From: Babesia bigemina
Taxonomy: Eukaryota
DNA length: 64,000 nucleotides
Direction of reading: 5' to 3'
Assembly: GCF_000981445.1 (NCBI RefSeq)
Contig: NC_027216.1
Span: 620,001 to 684,000 of the forward strand
This document shows positions 1-10,537 of the stretch, piece by piece; positions within the stretch are counted from its first letter, which is position 1, and each line of letters starts with the position of its first letter. The position numbers and the translations under genes were made by a program. The notes beneath the pieces were generated by a model, which searched no databases, was not told the DNA's origin, and saw nothing but the letters and a program-made list of their open reading frames with translations.

Positions 1-1776
1 AACCAGAGCAGCCACTGGGACTACCTGGAGCACAACGGCATGATATTCACCCCCGAATACCAGCCGCACGGCATCCCGATCAAGTTCAAGGGCGAGGTCG
101 TGCCGCTGACGCCGGACCTGGAGGAGGTGGCGACTTTCTGGGCGCAGTCCATCGGCACGCCCTACGAGGAGAGCGACATCTACAAGCGCAACTTCTGGGA
201 GACCTTCGTGGGCATGCTGCCCAAGGGGCACGTGATCCGCTCCCGCCGCGGCCGCCTGACGGACTGCGACTTCTCGGACATCAAGGCGCACCTCGAGGCT
301 GAGAAGGAGAAGAAGAAGGAGAACAAGGAGTACTACAAGGCGCTGAAGGAGGAGACGGCCAAGAGGGAGCACCGTTACGGCTACGCGCTGGTGGACTGGA
401 TCCGCGAAAAGGTGAGCTCCAACCGGATGGAGCCCCCGGGGCTGTTCAAGGGCCGCGGGCTGCACCCGAAGCAGGGCCTGCTGAAGGCGCGCATCTTCCC
501 GGGCAGCGTGGTGCTGAACGTGTCGAAGGACGCGCCGGTGCCGAAGGTGGAGATGTTCGAGCGCGACGGCCACTGCTGGTCCGACGTGTTCCACGACAGC
601 TCGGTGACCTGGCTGGCCTACTACCGCGACTCCGTCAACGACCAGTTCAAGTACATGTACCCCGCAGCGCAGTCCAAGTTCAAGGGGCTGCACGACTTTT
701 TGAAGTACAACAAGGCCCGTGAACTGAAGAAACACATCGAGACTGTCCGCAAGGACTACCACGCGAAGATGCGGTCGTCTGACATGGTGGATCGCCAGCT
801 CGGCACCGCGACCTACCTCATCGACTTTTTGGCGCTCAGGGTTGGCGGCGAGAAGGACGCCGAGGAGGCCGACACCGTCGGCTGCTGCAGCCTGCGAGTG
901 GAGCACATAAAGTTCAACAGCAGGCCGAATACCATCACCCTCGACTTCCTGGGTAAGGACTCGATTCGCTACTTCCAGACCGTGACCATCGACGAGGTGG
1001 CGTGCCGAAACCTGGCCGAGTTCTGCAAGAAGAAGCCGTCGGAGGACATATTCGACAAGATCAACACCTCGAAGCTGAACGACTATCTGAAGGAGCTCAT
1101 GGCGGGCCTGACGGCCAAGGTTTTCAGGACCTACAACGCGTCAGTGACGCTGTGCCGGCAGCTGCGCAGGCTGCGCGTGCCCAAGGCGCTGGAGCGCGGC
1201 GTGCTGCTGGAGAAGGGCGGCGGCGACGAGGAGCTGGACAAGCCGGTCTCCGTCGACGTCGGCGACGTGACGGAGCTCATCAGCTTCTACAACGAGGCCA
1301 ACCGCCGCGTGGCTATTCTGTGCAACCATCAACGTAGCGTGCCGAAGCAGCACGAGACGTCGATGTCCAAGATGCAGGCGCAGGCGGAGTCCATCGAGGA
1401 GGACATCGCCGAGCTCAAGGCCTATATTAAGTACCTGGAGGGCAAGCAGGACAAGCCGTTCAGCTTCAAGTCCAAGGCGGTCGACGCGAAGGGCAACCCA
1501 CGCAAGCCCGCGACGCGCCCCGGCATGAAGCTGGAGTCGTGCCAGCGGAAGCTGGAGGCGGCCACCAAGCGCCAAAAAACCCACGCCATCAAGATGCGCA
1601 TCAAGGACGACAACAAGACCGTCGCCCTGGGCACCTCCAAGATCAACTACATGGACCCGCGCATCACCGTGGCGTTTTGTAAGCGGTACGAAGTGCCGAT
1701 CGAGAAAATTTTCAACAAGAGCTTACGGACGAAGTTCCCGTGGGCCATGTACGCTAGTGCGGACTACGTGTTTTAG
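1..1776 (+). CDS. TOP1: DNA topoisomerase I (type IB), 5' end lies before the window
   Basis: Frame is open from base 1 (NQSSHWDYLEHNG...). Type IB motifs EPPGLFKGRG.HPK, ALRVG.EK, DTVGCCSLR, FLGKDSI, AKVFRTYNAS, ILCNHQR and catalytic SKINYMDPR. Stop TAG at 1774-1776. Confidence 0.98.
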   Translation, partial: NQSSHWDYLEHNGMIFTPEYQPHGIPIKFKGEVVPLTPDLEEVATFWAQSIGTPYEESDIYKRNFWETFVGMLPKGHVIRSRRGRLTDCDFSDIKAHLEAEKEKKKENKEYYKALKEETAKREHRYGYALVDWIREKVSSNRMEPPGLFKGRGLHPKQGLLKARIFPGSVVLNVSKDAPVPKVEMFERDGHCWSDVFHDSSVTWLAYYRDSVNDQFKYMYPAAQSKFKGLHDFLKYNKARELKKHIETVRKDYHAKMRSSDMVDRQLGTATYLIDFLALRVGGEKDAEEADTVGCCSLRVEHIKFNSRPNTITLDFLGKDSIRYFQTVTIDEVACRNLAEFCKKKPSEDIFDKINTSKLNDYLKELMAGLTAKVFRTYNASVTLCRQLRRLRVPKALERGVLLEKGGGDEELDKPVSVDVGDVTELISFYNEANRRVAILCNHQRSVPKQHETSMSKMQAQAESIEEDIAELKAYIKYLEGKQDKPFSFKSKAVDAKGNPRKPATRPGMKLESCQRKLEAATKRQKTHAIKMRIKDDNKTVALGTSKINYMDPRITVAFCKRYEVPIEKIFNKSLRTKFPWAMYASADYVF

Positions 1777-2881
1777 ACGTAAAGAATCACCGCCGCGTGT
1801 TCCTCGAGTCCGGGCGACCCGGTTTCGCAGTCGTCTCTGCCTGCAGAGCGTGTTGACCAGCACAGTCTGACCTACACGTGTAGAATAGTACCGATGCGAT
1901 GTGCATCGCCGCTCGGCGTGTCAGTTTCCGGCCGCTGCAGCGGATTTCAGAACGTGAACTCAACCTCTTACATGTGTTGCACTAGCGCGGGCAGCAGCTG
2001 GAACTCGAAGGCGCACTCCGCCCCGCAGCGGTTGCAGCGCCGGTTGAACGTGAAGCTCGCGTGCAGCAGCAGCGGTTTACCGTTCCACTGGTAGCGCAGC
2101 ACCTGGGGAAATCGTGAGCGCGTTGGCCGCGGCGGCCACCTACCGCGTGCGGGCGCATGGTGACGTAATACTGGAATTCCAGCAGCATCGGGTCCGCTTG
2201 CACCTCGTCAGATTCGTCAGACGAAGCTTCGCTGTCGGGGTCCTGTGAATCGACTGCGCTGGTAGTCTGCCTGATGGCATCCAGGTCCATGTGGTCCTCC
2301 TCGTCGACGTCGGCAGGGTCGCGCTGCTTGTAGGCCTCGAACAGCCGCGAGGCCTCCGGTCCGCCCACCGGGAAACTTAGGGGAGTGAGAAAATCCTCCT
2401 CCACTAATACGCGATACGCTTCGTTATCGTCGTCAGCTGATCGCGCCGCCCTCGATGCGCTCTTCTGCTTGCCGCCCACGGGACCTGTGGGAAACAGCTG
2501 CAGGTCATCAACCCAGCTCGACAGCGAGTTCATCTCGTCAAAGGCGGACTGTTTCTGCACCTGCACAACTTGCTTGGCCACGGTGTACCTGAATACGCGC
2601 CACCCCTCACTCTGCTCCGAATGCGCAGGGCAGAAGTACACGTATAGAGTACGCACGTGGGTGTCCCTGTACGGTGTCCCCAGCTGGATCAGGAAGGTCA
2701 GCTGCGACGAGCACACAGCGCACCGCGGTGGCTCTGGCGGAGTCGTAGAATCGGAGTATTCCTGAGCTAGCATCACTGAGATGGGAGTTGGGCATACCGG
2801 GTTGGTGGCGATCCTCGAGTCATGGCACGGGTCAAAGGGCTCACCAGGCCGCTGCCTAGCCAGCCTTGCGATGAACGACAT
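1773..2881 (-). CDS. PDCD2/TSR4-like protein (uS5 chaperone family), 4 exons
   Basis: N-terminal CAVC...FLIQL..PY....RTLYVYFC. Removing GT-AG introns 2103-2143, 1935-1971 and 1841-1875 gives VLRYQWNGKPL, CNRCGAECAFEFQLLPAL and FYTC...C...EEH, the PDCD2_C pattern. Stop TAA at 1773-1775. Confidence 0.85.
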
Positions 2882-2897
2882 TGTATACGCTTGGTAC

Positions 2898-3821
2898 TCA
2901 AGCCTTCCGGAATGCGATCATGTAGAGGAAGTCACACGTGCAGAGGTGGATGAAGCGCCGGCTGAATGGCAGGTAGAACAGACCCTGTCTGTGTATCTCA
3001 GTTAGATCGTGGTCTCGTGCGATTTCGCGCAGCTTATCGGGGGCTATGAAGAGGTCGTATTGATGCGTGCCCGGAGCCACGCGTTGGAACACCCTTTCTG
3101 CAAGCACGATGTTGACCAGGCACGACTTCAATGTGCGTCCCGGCGTGGTGATGACTACCAGCCCCCCTGGTCGCGCCACTCGACTCAGTTGTTCGACGAA
3201 TGAGGGTTTCGACGAATTGGGCACGTGCTCCAGCACCTCTGACGCCACGACGATGTCGAAGTTCCGAGCTTCGGCGCTGCTGGCGAAGTCGTCCAGAGTC
3301 CACGCAAGGTACTGCACGTTTTTAGACCTGTCGTCACGGAGCCCGAATCGCTTGCTGAATGTCGCAAAGTCCTGCTCTCGGTGGTGCTCGGCCACCTGAA
3401 TCAGCTCCCTAGAGGGGTCCAGGCCAACCACGTGAGCCCCGGATTTCGCCAACGACTCGCTCAGGATCCCCCCGCCGCAGCCGACGTCGAGTACTCGCAA
3501 CCCTCCGAGCACTGTTTCCAGGTGTATTTTAGAGCGCTCCTCAGCGTGCTTGAACAGACGTTCGCTGAGGAATCCCGATGGCAGTTTGGGCTCCGGAGTG
3601 GGCCCGGCGGCGTTGCTGTTTTCGAGCAACGAGTACGATTTCGCGATGAATGGCACCCTCACGTAGTTGTAGTCGTGCAACACGGCCATGGGACCGTCAA
3701 TGTCCCACCATTTCGCGTGGAAGGCGCCGAAGTTGACGGCAGAAGAGAAGCTGCGCGAGTTATGCGCTCCCCGTGCCAAGTTCAGCGGAGCGGACGACAG
3801 CGTCAACACGTGACGAAGCAT
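2898..3821 (-). CDS. COQ3: Ubiquinone biosynthesis O-methyltransferase (COQ3/UbiG)
   Basis: KWWDIDGPMAVLHDYN, VLDVGCGGGILSESLA, FDIVVASEVLEHV, PGTHQY. Basic mitochondrial-like presequence from ATG 3821. Confidence 0.95.
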   Translation of the reverse strand: MLRHVLTLSSAPLNLARGAHNSRSFSSAVNFGAFHAKWWDIDGPMAVLHDYNYVRVPFIAKSYSLLENSNAAGPTPEPKLPSGFLSERLFKHAEERSKIHLETVLGGLRVLDVGCGGGILSESLAKSGAHVVGLDPSRELIQVAEHHREQDFATFSKRFGLRDDRSKNVQYLAWTLDDFASSAEARNFDIVVASEVLEHVPNSSKPSFVEQLSRVARPGGLVVITTPGRTLKSCLVNIVLAERVFQRVAPGTHQYDLFIAPDKLREIARDHDLTEIHRQGLFYLPFSRRFIHLCTCDFLYMIAFRKA

Positions 3822-3973
3822 GACCAAATAATAACGCTACTGTCGTCGAGGTTGCTACGAAAGATTTGCGAGAAAGGTGTGGAAACGTAGCGTGCCCGTT
3901 GATGTGTATGCGGGCGCTCTACCCAGTGGTGTCTACGCGGCTCGCTCGCATAAGACGAATTTTTTTCGACACC

Positions 3974-4716
3974 ATGGCCGCTTCTACCGAATCTTCTATC
4001 TCCGCCGTCCTGGCGCGCCATCCCGGCAAGCTAGTGCTTTACGTCGCTGATCCGAGCTACCAGGGCCACGGACAACTCCAAACAGTCATTGAATCGCTGC
4101 GCGAGGTACGCCTGCCAGACAGATACGTGCGCTATATGGACGACGTAGGACTTCCCTAACATCGCCTTCGACTCGATCGAACACAGCGCCGTGGGCAGCG
4201 ACATCGCCATCGATGGAGCACCCTGCTTCGTCTTCTTCGAGGTAGGCAACGAGTCGACCTTATCAGACGGGTGTTCAGGGTGGAAAGGAGATCAACAGGC
4301 TGCAAGGGTGCTCAACTTCAATGTTGGTCACTGCCGTCAGGGGGTGGAACAAGGCGCCCGGCGAGACGGTGTTGGAACGCATCAAGCGACTGATCGCCAC
4401 GCACCCCGTTCTGCTTTTCATGAAGGGGGAGAAGAAGGAGCCGTTCTGCCGCTTCAGCCGCGCGGTGGTCAACATGCTCAACGAGTCCAAGATCGATTTT
4501 GAGAGCTACAACATTTTCGAGGACCCAGAGCTGCGCGAGGAACTCAAGGCGTACTCCAACTGGCCAACCTATCCCCAGCTATACGTAAACGTAGGTCTGA
4601 TGTGTTACTAGCGCATGTTGCCGCAGGGTACACTGATTGGCGGCCACGACATTATTAAAGAGCTGTTTGAGAGCAATGCACTGAGGGATGAGATCCCTAA
4701 ACAGTACCTCCTCTAA
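3974..4716 (+). CDS. Monothiol glutaredoxin with N-terminal thioredoxin-like domain (Grx3/PICOT type), 4 exons
   Basis: LLFMKG....PFCRFS, LREELKAYSNWPTYPQLYVN, and spliced last exon GTLIGGHDIIKEL. Introns 4106-4148, about 4242-4278 and about 4591-4626. Stop TAA at 4714-4716. Confidence 0.9.
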
Positions 4717-5971
4717 ACCTTGCGCCAAACTCAAGTATTGCTTCGTAATTAGTTTTTTCCCTTTGCAGTACAGCTATAAAAGTCTCGATCTGTTTGGTTG
4801 TAGCGGTAAACACATACATGATTCCTGCGGCCAAGGAGTGAGCAGCGGATACAGAAACAACAAGTAGTGCGACGCAGCAAAAGATGCTCTTGAAGACGTG
4901 CGCATAGTAGCTGTGGAAGTGCGTAGATTGCTCGTACGCGGGCGGCAACGAAAGTGCTTCGGGAGCGACGTAGGAGCATGGGCAGCCGTCCATGAGGAAA
5001 GCGAACTTGGGGTCCGGTATGTAGCGCAGGCCGTCCGGAATAGGGTGGAAAATGCGCAGGAAGTCACTTCTGAGGTTTGCCGACCTAGACTTGCTCCAGA
5101 GATCGAACAGAACCAGGGCAATCTTCCATCCCATGTAAACCATGGTAACGTGCGACATGCCATTCACGAACTGCAACATGCAGAAGTAAAAGTCGCTCAT
5201 CAGAATATTGCTGCTGATATTCATGAAGAACCAGGTGTAGTTGTAGACGAAAACCACCATCAGCACGAACGACGCCGCCAACCACCGCAGGGAGAAGAAA
5301 ATGTGGCAAAAGCGTTCCAGCCACGTGGCCCGCATGAACCACTGACATGGCGTCAATTCCGGAAACTCTCCGTCCTGCATTACGTTGTTCGTCTGGAACT
5401 TGAAAACGTAGCGGATAAGGGCACCTCTGAGCCTGAATGGAGCATCCGACTCGTCAGGTTCAGCGTCGCTTTGTGCGGGCGCGCTCTCGTCGACCGATCC
5501 CGCTTCGCGTGCTTCCAATTCTGCCTTAGCCTTTGCCTGCTTCGCATTCTCCTCCTTCTTGCGGTAATAGTAAAGCCAAAACGTCGCATCGGCGTATCTG
5601 AGAATCTCCATCGCTTCACCAAACAGCAATAAACCTGCGCAGGTGCAACCCAAGGCGTAGCACACAAACCATACAGCCGTTCCGGATGTAGTCGTCATAA
5701 TAAAGCTCAGCGGTTGACGGTAGGGGAAAACGATCTGGAACAGCAAGTGCGCGCCCACCGGACCGCACAGCATGAGCAAAATCATCATAAGCAACTGGCT
5801 TCCCTTCATGTTGTTGATGAAATACCAGAAGGGAGTGGTGCAAAACTTGCATTCACGGATCATTTTAACGGTCGGTCCATCGTACATGGTGTCGTAGAGC
5901 TCCGAAGTGCGATACTTCCTACGCTGTGGGCTTGAGGAGGCCTCAGGCGCAACGTTAATGGTGGCGTCCAT
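4697..5971 (-). CDS. Hypothetical multi-pass membrane protein, 424 aa
   Basis: Long ATG-initiated ORF with about 5 hydrophobic segments and a charged loop. No family recognised. Confidence 0.8.
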   Translation of the reverse strand: MDATINVAPEASSSPQRRKYRTSELYDTMYDGPTVKMIRECKFCTTPFWYFINNMKGSQLLMMILLMLCGPVGAHLLFQIVFPYRQPLSFIMTTTSGTAVWFVCYALGCTCAGLLLFGEAMEILRYADATFWLYYYRKKEENAKQAKAKAELEAREAGSVDESAPAQSDAEPDESDAPFRLRGALIRYVFKFQTNNVMQDGEFPELTPCQWFMRATWLERFCHIFFSLRWLAASFVLMVVFVYNYTWFFMNISSNILMSDFYFCMLQFVNGMSHVTMVYMGWKIALVLFDLWSKSRSANLRSDFLRIFHPIPDGLRYIPDPKFAFLMDGCPCSYVAPEALSLPPAYEQSTHFHSYYAHVFKSIFCCVALLVVSVSAAHSLAAGIMYVFTATTKQIETFIAVLQREKTNYEAILEFGARFRGGTV

Positions 5972-6688
5972 GGTGCCGGGTGGGAGACAGTTGAATACTT
6001 ACCGAAAAGTATATAGACACCACCGCGCCGCCTTTTAGCGCAGTTTTAGTCTATTTTAACGTGATTCTGGGACTCTGACTGCGTTAGCAACCTTCGACGT
6101 GGCATACAAAGCGGCAAATCCGAGTGTTCCTGGATGCCGCCGGACCGCATTCCAAAATGCAGCCAGCCGGTGTTAGCCTTCGTAGCAGTCTAACCTCGTG
6201 CCGGACGTGTTAGCTGACGAATGTGTAACGTTAAATTGCGCCGTACTCTACTTTAATACGGTGACAGAAATGCGCACTGGTGCGACAGTATAGGTCTCCA
6301 GATGTTACGCCTCGATCATTTGAAAGCTGCCGTAGCTGTTAAATATTATCAGAGTGAGTATATCTCATTCAACTCCGCGCGTTGAAGGCAGTTGTATGTC
6401 TATGTGTCTTGGACTGCGCCGACGTACACACCGCCTCGTGCCGTTTAAGTACAGCTCGCGTCCAACATAACGGGATTCCACGACATGCGATATTGCGGTT
6501 GTTACTATACGGAACGCCCTACACATCCAGAAGGTGTGCATCGTTTCACAACACCCTGTCTTACTGGGCTAGACACCAACACATCGTAGCAGCCGTTTCA
6601 CTCGGGCATTATCGCCATTACGTTTCGCAGTGTAACGATTTCTGAAGCGTATACTAGAAATGCACAGTCCCCTCAAGGGTGAAATACA

Positions 6689-8290
6689 ATGAGACTGCGC
6701 ATTGCCGTCGTGAGATGGCTGCTGTCGGTCGTTGCGGTCTCAGAATGGACATCGTTCGCGTTTGCCGACGCAGATGTTCCCGTGGACCTAGGCGCTTCGA
6801 ACGATGCGTTGAAGCTTGACTATTTGCCAAATCTCGGTTACAGGCTGAAGCTGCACGTAGGAGCCCAGGCACTGTCGCTCAAGCTGGTCTCCACCCTCGA
6901 AGGCATAGTGCTTTTCGAGAAGGGAACTTCCGCTTGCCCCAGAACCGCGACTGAATCACAGTGCTACGATTCAAAGTCGTCTGAAACGGCCACGTGGTGC
7001 TACAACGGTGACGTTTGCGTGCCCGGGAAGAGCGACTTCAAGTGCCACGAGGTAAAATCGCATGAGTACATAGTTACGACGACGACGACCGACTTCAGTG
7101 CCGATGGAGTCAGCCACTCGATGCAGACGATCGAGGGCTTCGAGAAGGTATCCTTCAGCGACGCCGAGCTGCCAGATCCAGCGACGTTCCAGCGGGTGCC
7201 AGTGAAGCTGGCCAACAAGGTCGTCGCTGGATCGCATATGCCCGTCAACGCTGAGGCAGGCGGTTTTTTCGGCATCGCTGGGGGCTCCATGGGTTGTCGG
7301 CAACAATCCATATGGGATGAACTGCTGGTGAAGTACCACGGGCTCTACGTGATCGACTTGAACGGAGACGCTGCTGGCCACGGCGGAACTGCGTCAGCAG
7401 GTAGCCAGATTAAGCTGGGCCATGATTCCGTCAATGCGGATGATGTGCTCTGGGGAGAGCGTCGGCAGGTGGGCGGCATATTCACCGATGCGTCCATAGA
7501 GTTCACGGCGCACGGGATGTCGATGTGCGGCGTCAACCTCTTCGGGAGGACGTCGGGCTACTGGCAGGTAGCTGTTGACGTGGCGTCGCAGTGCCTGGTG
7601 CTCCCCCTGAACTTCTGGCTCAGCCTCATGGCACAGCTGCCGGTGGAGGAAGGCTGCTACGACAAGCAGCCGCCGAAAATGTGCGCCATACGTCGAGGCG
7701 AGGTCGCCAAGCTGCCAGCCATTGAATTCAAGCTGCGCTACGACTCCGACGACCAGGTCGTCCGGATACCGCTGCAGCACCTGCTGCTGGACAACGGAGG
7801 CTCGCCCCTACTGTGCGTCGTCCCCGACGAGGACACGCCTTCGCCCCTGCTGTTCACCAACCGCCCCAGCATCAAGCTCGGGTACAAGGTGCTGGAGTCG
7901 CTGCAGGTGGTTGTCGACACGAAAGGCCACCGTGTGGGCTTCGTGCACAAGAGGCCTGTGGAAACGTCGAACGAGATCTGCGTCCCCCCGGTGCAATGTG
8001 TGTAAGTGACCGCATTAACGAAAATCATTAGGCTGCAGCGGAGATCAGACGTACTTGCCGGAGCTGAACTACTGCCTGCAGCCCTCGTGCCGAATTTGGG
8101 CCTTCAAGTGGCTCGACCCAGCCACAGGGTAGGTTGTGCCGCGGCGAGTTAAAACCAGTTCAGGCGATGCTACACCCCGGTAGTGCTGACGACCTTGATG
8201 TACCTCGTGATTGCGTCGCTGTTTGTGGCGCAGTGCGGCAGCTTCATCGTCAGGCGCCGGGTCATGCGCCGGGCCCGCCGGCTATGCTAG
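6689..8290 (+). CDS. Signal-peptide, pepsin-fold (aspartyl protease-like) protein with Cys-rich module and C-terminal TM; catalytic motifs degenerate
   Basis: Signal peptide. A1-family landmarks YRLKLHVG, CYDSKSSET, GFFGIA, LPAIEFKL, IKLGYKVLESLQVVVDTKGHRVGF. Introns 8002-8038 and about 8129-8163 extend the frame to CVGDQTYL...C..P.C and a TM helix. Stop TAG at 8288-8290. Confidence 0.75.
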
Positions 8291-9028
8291 CAGCCCGTGA
8301 ACACCTCGGCGCTCCTCGACCTGCGGCGTCATTTTCACCACTGATGTCGGTGCACTTACGGCGCGCTGATGCTGGGCCTTCTTCTGGGGCTTGCGGTAGT
8401 CCCGCACCACCGTCAGCTCCTGGTAGTCCAACTTTGGTATCGCATAATTCTCGTCGAAAAACACGGCGCTGTTGAAATGCGCGCTCTTCGCGCCGGAGAT
8501 CTGCATCCAGCGCTTCATGTAGCTAGTTGCGATGACGTTGCCCTGCAACTGCGGGATGGGCCTCAACACGGGGGCTGCACCTACGTGACCAATGGCGAAG
8601 TAGCGCCGGCACTTGATCCAGCCTACCAAGAACAGCTGATTGCAGTACGACTCGAGCTCGCTTTCGAAGCTTTTCGCTGCCGAAACATGTGGCGGTGGTG
8701 GTGGAGAGGGGACCTCACCGTTGAACGTGCCTGCCAACTTGAACCTGAACCTGTGGTTCATCTCGTGCATATTCTCGGCATTGTAGTCCGTGCGCACGAC
8801 AGGCCGCTCCTCCTTCGGCTTGTACTTGCGCAGCCCGCTGGCCTTGTCGTTCAGGGTGTCGAAAATGGTGTCGAACACCGGGTATCCCCTGCTCAGCACG
8901 GGGTGAACATTTGCGGTATCGTACAGCGATTTCGCCGGGCGCAGGCGCGGCAGCAGCAGCGATTGCCTGACGACAGGTAGCGTGCTCTTAGCCTTGTTTT
9001 TCAGGCTCTTCGGGAAGTACGTAGACAT
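8282..9028 (-). CDS. Acylphosphatase-fold protein with basic N-terminal extension, probably 4 exons
   Basis: After removing introns 8677-8718, 8549-8584 and 8321-8359 the core reads FRFKLAGTF..KSFE...YC..LFLVGWIK...AIGHLQGN...YMKRWM...IPKLDY..L.V, which follows the acylphosphatase pattern. Confidence 0.6.
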   Translation of the reverse strand: MSTYFPKSLKNKAKSTLPVVRQSLLLPRLRPAKSLYDTANVHPVLSRGYPVFDTIFDTLNDKASGLRKYKPKEERPVVRTDYNAENMHEMNHRFRFKLAGTFNGEVPSPPPPPHVSAAKSFESELESYCNQLFLVGWIKCRRYFAIGHVGAAPVLRPIPQLQGNVIATSYMKRWMQISGAKSAHFNSAVFFDENYAIPKLDYQELTVVRDYRKPQKKAQHQRAVSAPTSVVKMTPQVEERRGVHGLLA

Positions 9029-9281
9029 GGCAGCGTTATCCGCGCCCGCTCAGGGAGTCGTTCACTCGCAATATAGCGCCAATAATATCATTCTGCACCG
9101 CACATCAACATACAACATCGATGTGTTACGTTGCCATCGCTGGCGCTGATCGATTCCGTGCGGCCGTTGCCCGTCTAGCCTCCAACGGACGCGCGCTCTC
9201 GTGGTGATTTGTGGCGCTTGGAAGGCGGGGGTGTGCCACCGGGGAGGCAACTCGGTTTGTAGTAGCCACGACTCATGTAAT

Positions 9282-10507
9282 ATGCCGCGAGAGCATCCAG
9301 CGCAAGTTGCCGATGGTGAGATTTGCCTGGAGACCCCGCGCGCGGACTGTCGCCGGGAAAGCACCTACAGCGCTCCGCTCCTGGACCTCGCCGGCCGCAG
9401 CTCGCTGCATTCCTATGGCTTCACCATCGACGACTTCGACATCGGTGGAATAGTGGTAGGTGTACGCGACTGGATGTTACGCTAGCTGGGTACCTCGGGG
9501 CACACACCGGTTACACATTGGCGTATGCACGGTTTCACCGGCTCGCAGGGCGATGGAGCGCACGGGCAGGTCTTCCTGGCACGGGAGAGACGCACTGGGT
9601 TCATATGTGTGATCAAGTGTATCTCCAAAGCGCTGCTCGTGCAGTAGGTTGCAGCAGGCGACCTTCTTAACGCTTCGCAGGAGCAAACAGGAGGCCATCT
9701 TCAAGCGCGAAATAGAGCTGCACAGCCACCTGAGGCACCCCAATATCGTAAGGTGAGGCTGTTATTGCTGCATGCATACGCCGCAGCATATACACGTGGT
9801 TCGACACGGAGTCTATGGTCTGCATCGTGCTCGAGTACTGCTTCCACGGCGACCTCTACACCCACCTGCACCAGCACAAGAGGCTCCCAGAGCAGCGGGT
9901 GGCTGAGATTTTGTTCGAGGTCACGTGGGCCATTCGGACCTGCCACGACAAGCACATCGCGCACCTGGACATCAAGCCGGAAAACATTTTGCTGGACCAC
10001 AACTTCAGCTGCAAGCTGGCCGACTTCGGCCTGTCGGCGCACGTCGGCAACGGCAAGGGCTCCATCAGCCACATGAGGGGCACCTACGACTACTGGTCGC
10101 CGGAGCAGGCCGCATGCAAGCACAATAACAGGGGCAAATTCGGAGACTTCAACCACAAAAGCGACATCTGGGCGCTGGGGGTGTTGGCGTTCGAGCTGTT
10201 CTTCGGGTTCCCGCCCTTCGGCTCGACGACCCAGGAGCCCGTCAACTGTGTGTTGGAGCGCGTACAAACGCACGAGTGGTACCGCATCCTGGTGGAGAGG
10301 CACGGGCGTAGCCGTATAAACGAGGCGAGCCCCGCGTTCATACGGTTCTGCAACATGTGCTTCGAAAAGGATGCGGGGAGGCGGGCGGACGCCGCCACCG
10401 TGCTGGAGCACCAGTGGCTGCGCTCGCGCAACGCCGAGCGCTACCACTCCAATATGTTCGTGAACCAAGTGCGCAGCTACGCCGCCGAGTATGCCGGATC
10501 GGTGTAA
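9282..10507 (+). CDS. ARK1: Aurora-related Ser/Thr kinase (apicomplexan ARK1 type), 4 exons
   Basis: Spliced FTIDDFDIG, GDGAHGQVFLARERRTGFICVIK, FKREIELHSHLRHPNIV, HLDIKPEN, DFG, RGTYDYWSPE, DIWALGVL. First intron 9456-9548. Confidence 0.88.
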
Positions 10508-10537
10508 CATAGGGACACGTATTAATGCTAACATTGG

